Positions 30,522 through 45,521 of a DNA stretch of 64,000 bases are shown here, one piece after another. The notes beneath the pieces were generated by a model, which was not told the DNA's origin, made no database searches, and worked only from the letters and a program-made list of their open reading frames with translations. Source of the DNA: Eledone cirrhosa (lineage: Eukaryota); the NCBI GenBank assembly GCA_964016885.1, contig OZ024742.1:336474001-336538000 (forward strand). The letters are read 5' to 3'. Each line of letters starts with the position of its first letter. Positions within the stretch are counted from its first letter, which is position 1. Position numbers and translations under genes: made by a program.

Positions 30522-32086
30522 TTATGAATCTCTCCTGTTCTCTTTCTCTCTTCTATATATATATATATGTGTGTGTGTGTGTTATTTAGAAAACGTAAGA
30601 GAAACACAAACATAAACACAAAGACAATTCCCGCTATGTGTGAGTGTGTGTGTTTAATATTTTTTTTTTCTTTTGTTCTACAAACTCATACAATTGCATC
30701 AGAAATACGTAGAGTTTGATATACATTTGACATGTATCAGGAAAACCGTATTTACAAAAACCGAACCTAGATCTTCCTTCACATCATCACGTATTTAGAA
30801 GAAACGATTAATCTCTGTTTAAATTACCTTCTCCGCATTGTCATATAACTGCGGAGTCTATGAACCATTTTATTTTAGGTGACATGAGTTTATATTTCAT
30901 ACCAACTCCTTTCACTCAGGATTTGTTTGCAATAGAGTCTTAATGATATTTGATATTTTCAAACAGCTGAAGCTCACCTTTATGATGTTCTTCTTGAACA
31001 GCTGCTGGAATATGTGGATGTTTAGAAAATATCTTTCGAATAAAGAAAACAAAATCTGTTGGACTTTACGTGGACTTTACTTCAAGGATGAACCATGTAA
31101 CATTTATTGTCCTAGTACTTTCACGATGATTGCTAGTTGTTGTTCATTCTTTAAATGGGTTTTGTATTAGTGTCTCATTTTTGTTCACTGTGGTCACCTT
31201 AAATGTAACTTAATCGGCGAACAAAGCACTTATCTTCTTGCTGATATTTATGGGTCCGTGTTTGATGGTTCGAATACGATTGGATATAGAATGGAATAAT
31301 ATCTGGTCAGAAATGTCAGAAACGTTTTTAGGTTTGTTTCGTTTGTCACCTTGAGACCGAATTATGTAACTTTTGTAATTTGTCGTTTTCTATGAGTGTC
31401 AGCTTTCTGCTGGCACGCGGTATTTAAAATTCTGAGATAGGATATAATATCATTAACTGTTGTTCGGAGGCCTTTAGCGGTGTTCACTTTTTTGCAAGCA
31501 TTCTGACAAGATTACCCACAATAGTTTTATTTTTCCTTCAGGTATTGAGTTACATCTCTTTCAAGATAGGTATCGAGTGCTATGGTAATGTAATCAGTTT
31601 TCCAAAAAGCATAAACATTGTCCTTTCTCTTCTGAATAGCTTGAGAAATGTTATGAACATCAACGAATATAACAACATTGGTGAGTTTCAGAAAAGACAA
31701 ACGGAGAGAGAGAAAAAAACACTATAGAGGGGGTCGAAAAGAAAAAAGAAGGGATTAAGACAGGTCGTAGCCACAGTGAAAGTAAAATCGACAGAACTAC
31801 GAAGCAAATGAAAAAGGAGGTTGCTAAGCAATAACTTCAGGTTATATTTTATTAATACTAGATATCGAGTATTATTGTTCACATCTTTCTATTGGCAATG
31901 TGGAAACAAGATCGTCATTTTCATTTAATATTCAGAAAACGTCTATATACTCTTCTACATTTTTACATGTTTACTTTTATATTTTCATTCGGTTTTACAT
32001 CTAATTCACATTTATGATTTTATAAGTGTTATTTTTGTCTTTGATTTTGCTATTTTTGCCTTTGTTGTTTGTTATTTTTGTTGTTG

Positions 32087-32286
32087 NNNNNNNNNNNNNN
32101 NNNNNNNNNNNNNNNNNNNNNNNNNNNNNNNNNNNNNNNNNNNNNNNNNNNNNNNNNNNNNNNNNNNNNNNNNNNNNNNNNNNNNNNNNNNNNNNNNNNN
32201 NNNNNNNNNNNNNNNNNNNNNNNNNNNNNNNNNNNNNNNNNNNNNNNNNNNNNNNNNNNNNNNNNNNNNNNNNNNNNNNNNNNNNN
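32087..32286. other. Assembly gap (200 N)
   Basis: Run of N. Confidence 1.
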
Positions 32287-35167
<2,881 letters not shown>

Positions 35168-35442
35168 CACTACTTTCTTGTAGCTATCTACGTCATCTAT
35201 TCAAATTGAATTAGTAATGAATTTGTATTTCATCCCGGCTCACGGGGTCGATCACGTAAGTTACACTCAAGAAATTGGATCGATTCAATTAACTACATTT
35301 TTACCAAGCTATTCTGAAGCTTTAGGTCAATATTAAAGTCGCACACACACACTCCCACACGCACACATACACACACGCATGCGAACTCAGAGCTAGTGGA
35401 AATATATGCTATTTTCTAAAGTATACAGTGACTGATCTGACA

Positions 35443-35525
35443 GTTGGCAGATGAACAGTGAACTGCACTGATGAAGCGTAATCACCCAGAAACATTGGTG
35501 TATGCAGTTCTGTTTACATGCCAAC
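35443..35525 (+). ncRNA. Type I hammerhead ribozyme with long stem I
   Basis: GTTGGCA..GAACTGCA-CTGATGA-agcgtaatcaccca-GAAA-CA(ttgg)TG-TA-TGCAGTTC..TGCCAAC. Stem II is weak. Confidence 0.7.
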
Positions 35526-35879
35526 ACAAGAGCAAGAATGAGGGGCTCATTCTACTGACATGGCTTAAAAGAGGCTTGTTTGCATAGTTACAAACGAATC
35601 GAATATTATTATTAATATAGGCGGTGGATTGGCAGTATCGGTAGAGGATCGGACGCCATGCTTTGTAGCAAAGAGTTACGGCCCTTTATGATCTGAGTTC
35701 AAATCCTTATTCAGCCATCTAGAGCGGTATATATTTTTTTTTAGTTATTATATATATATGAGAAAATTCAAAAAGAAGAAAAATAAACGATACAATAATG
35801 GCGTAGTTTAGGAAAGGAACCTGAACGTTTAGAACGTTCGTCCTTCATCACATAAATATAGCAGCAGGATAAGATGATA

Positions 35880-36120
35880 TTTTGGAGAGAGAAGGGAAAG
35901 GGCGTTAGGCGAATGTAAAACAAGAAAACAGGGAATAGAGAAAGAGAATGAGGTGGTTGTGTCTTGTGTTGAGGGAGGATAAAAGTTACTGGGTTAGAAA
36001 ATTGATGAGAATGAATGTGGAAGGAAATAGAGAAAGAAGATCCAGTAAGACATGGCTGATGATGGTGGAGGAGGAAATAAACGAGAGAGATACAGAGAAT
36101 AGAGCAAAAGGGAGAAGCTT
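35880..36120 (+). mobile_element. Decayed 3' end of a LINE (RTE-like)
   Basis: MRWLCLVLRE..SYWVRKLMRMNVEGNRERRSSKTW resembles the LRW.GHV.R...V.G.R.RGRP.KTW motif. Confidence 0.5.
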
Positions 36121-37190
36121 GTCAGAAAACCTGCAGAACCACCTCCTGCTTTAGCAAAGAAAATGACAAAAAAAAAAAACGCTGATCGAACCTTCAAGAG
36201 GAATTTTACATGGTGGAATAAGACTGGGAAAATTGCATTAAATACTTCTTGTTTGTTCTCTACAACCTGGTAATTATGATTGAGCCTTCGAGGGAAATTT
36301 TACAAGATGAAAAAAAAAAATGCGTAATGGCCTTGACACGCTTCTAGTTTGTTGTCTTTTCTGATAGTTTTTATTGAGTCTTGTAGAGAAGTTCTATAAG
36401 GTGAAATAAATTACTTTCGGGACCCGAAAGATGATAGAGATGGAAATGATAGCCAGCTGGTCGGTGGTGGTAGATGCAGACGATATGGCGAAACGAAGAA
36501 GCCCGTTATGGAATCCACGAGGCATAGCTCATGCTTTAACAAGGAAAGTGGCCTTAACACTTTTATGTGTCGTCGTTGTTGCTGTTTAGCAATACTTGAT
36601 GCTAACCTCTGTGGTTATGGGCCATGCATGGCGTGTGTTATGCTGGTCTCTCAGTCGTCGCCCCCGTGCAGCATTAAACGAGTGGAACGCAACAGTCATT
36701 AGCTGTTTTCCACTGCAAATGTATCGTAGCTGTATTCATCGATTTGCTTCACATATCGATGCTCTCGTTTCTCCTCATCCTCATCGTCTCCAACATTATC
36801 ATCATCTTCGTCATACACATCCGCCTCCTTCTTCATCACATCCTTTTCCACCATCTCCTTCTCCAACATCTCCACCTCATCATTCTACACCACCTCCGCT
36901 CCATAAGCGTCATCATACTCTCACGTCTTCTTGCGTATGTATATTTATTGTTGGTCAACGATGATGGGCAAAGCTATGATCAGAGACAATCCAGTCACGA
37001 CCTTCCTGCGTCATTTCATGTCAGTGTAAGACGTCATAGCGTGTCGTTCTCTTTGTTATGTTACGAAGCTAGACTGTGATTTGAAGAACATTCGACTACT
37101 ATTTCTGGCTGGTCGAGCCATCTCGTAGAGGCCCTCGCATTGTTTCTTATATAGAGGGGATCATAACTATGCTCCATCATGGCTGACCAG

Positions 37191-37224
<34 letters not shown>

Positions 37225-37519
37225 CAACGTGGAAGTCCCTGAAAACCCCAAAGACTTTTTTTCGGTCTTGGTGGGCTGCAACAACGTGAAATAGTGTTGT
37301 GAAGAAAGACACAACGCGTTGCCGGAAATCAGTGATAAGTAGTATACCCTAACCAGTATGTCTATGTTTATACAATCTCGGTTACTTCTGCACTGTTTGT
37401 GTACAGATGTGTATTTATCGTATATTTTAGCTGCCTTATGTATTATTTAATGTTCTGCTTGTTGAAGAAAAAAACGGAATGCCATAAGAAGGAGAGAAAA
37501 TTGCTATATTAATTGTTTC

Positions 37520-38100
37520 TAGACCAGAAAGTTTGGGGAAGAGGATACTCGATTAAATAAACCCCAGCACGTCACTTGTGTTTTATTTTATCGACCTCCG
37601 AAAAATGGAAGGGAAAATTGACCTCAGTGGGATTTGAATTGTGAATGGAAAGAGTCGTAACTATATGATGCAAATCATTTTGTCCGCCGCTATAACAATT
37701 CGGCAACTCCACCACCTCGAAACCAAATTAATAACGATTTCTACTATAGGCACAAGGCCAGAAATTTGGTGGGAGAAGAAAGTTGATTATATCGACCCCA
37801 GTGCTTTACTGGTGCTTTATTGTATCGACCCCGTAAGGATGAAAGGCAAAGCTAACCTCGGCGGGATTTGAACTCAGAACGTATTAATAATTGTTTCTAA
37901 TTTGGTAGAAGGTCAAGAATTTAGCGGAGGAAGGGAAAGTCGATTATGTCGACCCGAATACTTGATTGGTTTACCGACATCGGAAGAATGAAAGGCAAAG
38001 CTGACCTTGGCGGGATTTGAACTTAGAGCGCAGATTAGTGGAATAAATACTGCAAAGCATTCTATCCAACGCTCTAACCAATTCACCGCCCACCATCAGC
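37520..38100 (-). mobile_element. Cluster of three adjacent SINE family 1 copies
   Basis: Repeated aaggcaaag..acctcggcgggatttgaact motif at ~37620, ~37850 and ~38000. Confidence 0.75.
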
Positions 38101-38329
38101 TTAATAATGTGAAAGTTACTATATTACTAAATTCCAAATATGGTTACGAAAGGGTTCAAATGTTAACTAACATATACGCTTGTTGCTATACCAGTGACAC
38201 ATAAAACTAGTGAGAAGAAAATTGCATCAGATTTTTTTTTATACATTACATTACCTTTCGTATTCAAAGACGAACGACCTAGCAGTTTGATTGGTAGTTT
38301 ACTGCAGGCTAATAATAGAATGTTCGATC

Positions 38330-38371
<42 letters not shown>

Positions 38372-38530
38372 AACGATGTACTGGGACATGTGCACAGGCG
38401 TACATATACAGGTTGATTAAACATTAGTAACATCAGTAACAACAACAAATTCAAACAGTAAATTTCCCTATAAATATTAATAGTGCTTTTCCCATCTCAT
38501 TCTCCTTTAAAGATGTGTGCTTGATGTTGA

Positions 38531-38565
<35 letters not shown>

Positions 38566-38887
38566 TTTTCTTCAGTTCTGTTCTGATTGATTGTTCCATT
38601 TTCATGATGATGACGACGATGATGATGACAAGTATAATAATAATCATCATAAACAACAACAAAAATAACAACAATGATAATAATCGATTGATTGTTCGAT
38701 CGATAGCGGCTGGAATCCAGGCCGTTATTGCGTCTGATTCCTGTTCTATAGAAAACAACAAAACTTTACAAACCAATAGTCGCTCACATACACAGACACA
38801 CAGACACACATACACAGACAGACAGACACACACGCGCGCGCGAGCGCAAATATATAATATTCTCTCATATGATTATGTGGGAATGCT

Positions 38888-38932
<45 letters not shown>

Positions 38933-39020
38933 AGAAATTGTGGTAAGGATCCAGATGGACCATAACGCACCAGAGTACTCAATACTTAGGGTAGTAGAGT
39001 GGGAAATAGGAAAATGTATG

Positions 39021-39116
39021 ACCCCGACGGCAGAGCTCAAGCCGTTTCGACGGCTATTTCTGGACTAAATTAGAATTTTTAGCCTGGTGAATAAATAGCC
39101 GAACTTGTCAAGGGGT
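39021..39116 (-). ncRNA. Type I hammerhead ribozyme, U3-A8 core variant, in the 3' pLTR
   Basis: Minus strand reads ACCCC-TTGACAA-gttcGGCTATTT...AAATAGCCgtc-GAAA-CGGC(ttgagctct)GCCG-TC-GGGGT, so stems I, II and III are all present. Confidence 0.75.
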
Positions 39117-39800
39117 ACTTCCTTATATGGGAAGATTGTAGTTGTCAAAAGGATTGGTAAAAGTTTGTTGTAAACACAAATAAGTCTATCATGGCATTTG
39201 GTGGGAGATAGGGGCGGCTGAACTTGCCTGTTGAACAATAGGGTGTGAGTGGAGCGGTCAAGCGTTGAAAGTGATATGTATACAGCAGATTCTAAGGATA
39301 GTGTATGAAGTGGAGGAGGGAGGTTATAGAATAGGTAAATCGAATGAGAGTAGGAGACAATAAAAGATAATAGAAAAAAAAAATATATATATATATAGTG
39401 AGAAATGAATAAAAAAAATCACAATGCTATCTTAAAGTTACATGTTAATAATTTGAAAATAGAAAAAACTTGTAGAAATTGAGTAGTACCAGAACTGATA
39501 CAAAATTAAAGGGGTTTTAATACGTCTGCTATAAGTAGTTAGTAAAACGTATTTGGCCAATTCTATCTTAAAATTACAGGGGTGGAGGTACTGATGCTAC
39601 AGAGGCCAGATGGGCTGCATCTGGGTAGGCGAAAGGGGAAAAGCAGACGAGGAAGAAAATAGGGGGTGGAAGGAAGTGATAGGATGAGATAGGGGGAAGA
39701 AGAAGACAGATAGGAAAAGAAAAGAAAAGAGATACATCTACCTAAGTAAGCTGGGGTTTCCCCTAACTTATTCAGCAAGTGGGGGGGTATCAGCCCTTGT

Positions 39801-40939
39801 CTACCCACCCGGGTCGTTATGGGGTTTGAGGGCGAGGTAAGTCCTACGCAATCTGTGTTTGCATGCGGTTACCAGTTCGTCTTTCTTGTTTAGGAGTTGG
39901 TCCTTCGAAAACAACATTTGTAATGTTTCCTCCGAGCATAAGTTACACGGACGGCGTCCTCCCGTGTAAGAGTTAGCTCTGGACAGTAAGCTCCAAGTGA
40001 GATTGTAGGTTATATTATTATTTTCGAGGTCCCAAATGTGGCCCGAAAGTGTAGTGGAATGTCGCCGGACCGGGTTTCGGAAAGTATGTCGGTGTTGGTA
40101 GAGCCGGGTCTTGAAGTCACACGCGGTTAATCTTATATAAGCTTTGTTGGAGGTGTCCGTCCTCACGTTGCACTGGTAGATCACGTTACGTTCTCGGCAT
40201 TTTTTGTTGAGGGGGCACGTAGATCTATCAGGGCAGTTACACCTCCTGGTCGGCTCGCCACTGATGTCTAGATTATTTCTTCCATAGAGGTTGAGTTTTT
40301 TGTTGTTTGAAGAGACGATGTTTTGTGCGAAGTTAGGTGTGGTGCTGTAGGAGAGTTTTATGGTATTTTTGTTGATTATGTTGTGGTAGCGGTGTTGTAG
40401 TGGGAAGTGTTTTTCTAGGAGTCTAAAGAAGATTTTCCCGATAGGTGTTGCCACCTCGGCGTTATGGGGAGGATTGAACCACGTTAGGTTGCGTGAGCGG
40501 CGGTGTCGCCTGCTGGTTCCGCTAAGGGAAGCTGGATAAAAGGATATTTCCTCCCGGAAGCCACTCTGCTTGGGGCCTGGTTGTAATGAGGCGCGTGTTC
40601 ATTGAATATCTGCTCATTAGCGGACAAACGAGATATGCAGAGGGAGATGTTTTTAACCAGGTTATTGGTGATGTGTCTAGGATGGTTAGAGCGGCGGTGG
40701 ATGTAGTGCATGTTGTCGTTTGGTTTCCTATATGGGTAGTACAGATCATTTTTGAGGTTAAGGGTAACGTCCAGGAAATTGAGTCGGGTTAGGGACGTTT
40801 GTAGGGTGATTTTAAATCCCGAGTCCAGGAAGAAGTTGATTAGTTGTTTACGGACCCGGTCTGTACTACTGGGGTTGTACCTTTTGAGGCTGAGGAGCCC
40901 ATCATCCCGGTTCAATCCACCGCCGAATGCAGGAAACAT
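39801..40939 (-). pseudogene. PLE reverse transcriptase C-terminal part plus GIY-YIG endonuclease (frameshifted)
   Basis: ORF 40484-40939 contains GGLNRDDGL, NFLDVTLNL, PYRKPND, YIHRRSNHP. WFNPP occurs at the frame junction. ORF 39801-40454 contains the CNCPDRSTCPLNKKC linker (CxCx5C), NVIYQCNV...AYIRLT..FKTRLYQH, CNLCSEE and LLNKKDE..CKH. Confidence 0.9.
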
Positions 40940-41280
40940 TTCTTCAACTTATTAACCTGTAACTGTAAGATAGCATTGTGTTTTTTTTATTCATTTCTCA
41001 CTATATATTTTTTTATTTTTTTCTATTATCTTTTATTGTCTCCTACTCTCATTCGATTTACATATTCTATAACCTCCCTCCTCCACTTCATACACTATCC
41101 TTAGAATCTGCTGTATACATATCACTTTCAACGCTTGACCGCTCCACTCACACCCCTATTGTTCAACAGGCAAGTTCAGCCACCCCTACCTCCCACCAAA
41201 TGCCATGATAGACTTATTTGTGTTTACAACAAATTTTAAACAATCTTTTTGACAACTACAATCTTCCCATATAAGGAAGT

Positions 41281-41376
41281 ACCCCTTGATAAGTTCGGCT
41301 ATTTATTCACCAGGCTAAACATTCTAATTTAGTCCAGAAATAGCCATCGAAACGGCTTGAGCTCTGCCGTCGGGGT
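41281..41376 (+). ncRNA. Type I hammerhead ribozyme, U3-A8 core variant, in the inverted pLTR
   Basis: ACCCC-TTGATAA-gttcGGCTATTT...AAATAGCCatc-GAAA-CGGC...GCCG-TC-GGGGT. Within the core it differs from the other copy only at variable position 7. Confidence 0.75.
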
Positions 41377-41717
41377 CATACTTTTTCCTATATATATATA
41401 TATATTAATTCAAAATATTAATAAATATAGACATTCATGTAATCAAATATATTTTATTATATATAACTCGGAGGTACTGTGCTGTTTCCTCAGTACGTCC
41501 TCATCAGATAAAATATATAAATTGATGTATGACATACCCCAACTGTGCTGATGGTTCAATTCCAGTATTGGCAGACCAGAAAACTTTTTTGTTGAGTGCT
41601 TCTAATCTATTGTAAAACTATATTCATTGATTAATCAATGAACCTTTTTTAACTTTTGGTTATATATATATATATCCTTATTTTACGCATGTATCTATAT
41701 ATATAAATACACTCACT

Positions 41718-41761
<44 letters not shown>

Positions 41762-41905
41762 GTTTTGAGGTTCACCACTGTATAGAGCTGGTCTATTCCG
41801 TATGGTCAATCGTAATGTAATAATATAGAGAGTACTCAACGTAAAGCAGTTCAACCGTCTTTGTTTTTGTAGTTGGTGGTGCTATTACGGAGTTAAATAT
41901 TATAA

Positions 41906-42153
41906 TGAAATGACAGGAGGCTGGATTTGTGTAAATCCTTGAAAGGTTTATTATACTATGATCATTTCAATGACCGGATTCTGTATGAATCCGGTGATAT
42001 CATCAGGTATTCGAAATATAATACGTGAATTCACGTATTATATTTCGAATACCTGATGATATCACCGGATTCATACAGAACCCAGTCATTGAAATGATCA
42101 TAGTATAATAAACCTTTCAGGGATTTACACAAATCCAGCCTCCTGTCATTTCA
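41906..42153. repeat. 248-bp loopless palindrome (PLE-derived fold-back)
   Basis: Two 124-bp arms centred on GAATTC (42027-42032), with only a few mismatches. Confidence 0.9.
41953..42010 (-). ncRNA. Type I hammerhead ribozyme (mirror copy on + strand at 42049-42106)
   Basis: ATAC-CTGATGA-tatcaCCGGATTC(ataca)GAATCCGGtcatt-GAAA-TGATCA-TA-GTAT. Confidence 0.75.
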
Positions 42154-42699
42154 AGAATCACTTATACGTGTGGTCATCTGAGCCTGACTATCACTGCTAA
42201 CAATTTACCACTTAAAGCGCCTGACTTAGTAGTTACCGTGTTCGGCTCACGATCATAAAGTAGTGTGTTCGATTACCCGACACATTTGTTCACGTTGCTC
42301 CTGTTCATTCAGCTAAAATAACATATAGTTGTGCCTAATTCAAAGAGCCAGTACTGATACACACTGAGTCACGTTGAATCTTCCCGAGAAGTTCGTTAAG
42401 AGGACACGTGTCTATGGAATGCTTGGCTATGTTCGCGTTAATTTTACGAGCAAGTTGTTCCGTTCTTCGAATAAATGGAACGCTTGTCGTCGAAACCGAC
42501 TGGTTCCCAACACACATTCTACCCCTTCATACATTTCCATGCTAAGACACACTCCAACATTTACGTATTTCTCTACAAAGTAAACCAAAAGAAACACATT
42601 TCCATTTATATCAATATACAAACAGAAATATTGGAATTTATAATCATATTCATGGAAATCTACTTATTTTACGTAATGATAAAAACAAATGCAAGTGTC

Positions 42700-43175
42700 T
42701 TAGATAATTAGCAAAATATAAAGAGCAAACAACTGAAAATTTTGAAAAAAATTACTCGCAAATGCAAAGAAAATCATGGACAGATTCTCAAGCAATCAAC
42801 GAGTAACTAAAAGTGGAAGAACTAATTGTAAAACTTGCGAATTTAGAAGGCTCGGAGTTCCGATTCGAAAATGAACACTTTTAAACTTAAAAACTGTCTA
42901 ATGTGTTAATCTGGTAATCATGTTTATGTTTTAACATACTGCACATGTAGAGGAAATTACATCAGGATAACTGGGAATGATATACGGAAACGGATGATCA
43001 TCCACCGACAACAAATCCGAGGTATAAAGGCAAAGACCCAACCGAGTTGACACATACACAGATATGCCTGAAGAAATTTTCCCATTTTCATAATTTTTCC
43101 AAATTAATCGCCAGATAACAAAGATTAAAGAAGAAGAAATTGCTAATTAACAAATATATTCCACGTTTAAATCAT
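42700..43175 (+). pseudogene. Degraded PLE endonuclease region
   Basis: Fragments across frames: LKKLLANAK, KSGRTNCKTCEF, HVYVLTYCTCRGNYIRITGNDIRKRMIIHRQQIR, LINKYIPRLN. Confidence 0.65.
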
Positions 43176-44094
43176 TAGGTAAAATAAATATTCTGCTAAA
43201 AACCGAGTCACGTGATTACAATGATTCATGTAGTTTGAAAATTTACTGTCAAAACGCTAGCGTTCTATCATTACATTCTACGATAAAAACGAAGATTAGA
43301 TTACGTATATTTACAGGTATGACTTTGATTGGCTACAAGCGAAAACTGTTTAAATTGATAAGCTATTGATGATAAACGATAATTAATATATATTGAAATA
43401 ATTATAAACTGTTTAATACTAGATATAATCTTTGTGTGTAGTTTCCTCTTTACTTTTTCCATATATATACATATATAATTAAGTATAAGTTATACGTTTA
43501 GATATTACGTATAGCCCAGCCGCTATCCACTCACTCCATGAAATTACAGAGATCACATGTTGTGAATATAAATCTGCAATTCAGAGTGTACACAGTACGT
43601 TAAACAGTGGCTAGACGACTTAGTGTGGGAACAATTATATTGATCCTAACTGCGACAGTTTTCATTACCACGTCATATATGAGCCTGTTGAATTTCAACT
43701 GCTGCATATAGAAGTCATTCCATGTTTCCAAAAGATTATATATATATATATATATATACACACGAGAAGGAAAATTACATTTGATATCGATCAAATTAAT
43801 TGTTTGAGGTGAATGCGCAAACAAGTAAAGTAAATGTGGGGGACTTCTTATCAAATGTTTTTTTCTCAACGTGTTCCTTGTAATGCTTATTGCAGAAATG
43901 CGGTGCCTGCACCTCGTTCCTTCCTTCCTGTTAACTTTTTTTTTGGTGTAATGCATACGATGGAATATTATAAAATACAGTCAGTGGATGTAGACTGTTA
44001 CATAATTGTACAGAAATATATGTTAAAGATAGAACACACAATAAATTTCTCCTTTTGCTCACTTCTTTCTGTTTTTCCTGGTGCCATATTTTGT

Positions 44095-44129
<35 letters not shown>

Positions 44130-44611
44130 GTACATATACTCACAAACACTCATGCATGCATATGTATATATAAATTGGTCAGGCTTCGCATACCTTCCAT
44201 TTGATGTGACGACATATGTCAGAAAAAGTTGAGGATTTCTACTACATCACTTGTGTCCACCAGCCTGGTGTATTAACTAACCGTACCGAAATATCCCTGT
44301 CCAGGGAAGCGAACCCTGCTAACGACGGGTTTCTTGCCTAATTACGTAATGTATACTAACATTACCTAATTTCTGCATATGGTGGTTCCATTCAGACCAT
44401 CGCCGGCGGGTTGGAATCGTAGAAACTGGTGTATCGGTCTGGGTAACTCAAATTTGCTACTCACACGTCGTCTGTTTCACCGATTAACATTTGAGGATAC
44501 ACTGTAATCGGTTAGTTTAGAGTTTTAATAATTCAGACTTAATTAAATTACTGAGTGAGTGAGGAAACCCAAGCTGTGTCTATTCTATTCTCTAAGCTTC
44601 ATTCCATAATT

Positions 44612-44648
<37 letters not shown>

Positions 44649-45245
44649 GACCACCATGACCACCGCCATCAGCAATAATGTAATCGATGCCCATTTTAAC
44701 ATCCGAATATTTGTGTTATCATCATTTATTGTTTCTTAAATACACAAATATGATTGGTCGGGAATTTTCCCAAAGTAACTCGTCTTATCTCATGCTTAAA
44801 ACATCAGGAAATAAAATAAAGTTCGTTGAATAATATATTTCTATATTAGGAGGGCAATATAAAGGTGGCGTTTTGTTTCATTTTTTTTCTTTGTTATGTA
44901 CGTGTATGTGTATGTACATCTGGGGAAGTAAGAATACTATGGTTTTCTCATGTGTCATGTTTGCTTGAAGATTGGGAGAGGGCGTGAGCGAAGGGGAATA
45001 TTCATTTTCATTCTACTTTTCGTTATTTCTATAAATGTTTTCAGCAGGACGTCCACCATTTTGTTCTTTAGATTTGGGATTTTATTTTTTTCTCTTCTTT
45101 TATTTATTTATTGTATTCTTTCCTATTTAGATAACAATCGGAAACAAGATAGGGAATAAAAAGATCGATGGCGGAGAAGACAGGAATTTAAAGTCCGTCT
45201 ATTTAATTCTCTCTATCTTCAAGTTTCTAACTTGATACACACACA

Positions 45246-45335
<90 letters not shown>

Positions 45336-45356
45336 ACATACATACATACATACATA

Positions 45357-45490
45357 CATGATGGCTGCCCCCTCGTTATCGAGTATGGCCATTGCACGAG
45401 GAGAAAGAAAAAAAAATAATAATAAATAAATAAAAAGAAAAGAAAAAAAAAGAAATATATATATATATATACATATACATACACATATAT

Positions 45491-45521
<31 letters not shown>

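Larger units (their letters stand above)
38930..41389 (-). mobile_element. 5'-truncated Penelope-like retroelement (probably Naiad-type) with inverted pseudo-LTRs, inserted in (TA)n
   Basis: About 450-bp inverted repeats (~39008-39460 and ~40940-41389), a 3' tail (38930-39007) present on one side only, internal RT and GIY-YIG coding remnants on the minus strand, and TA tracts on both flanks. Confidence 0.92.
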
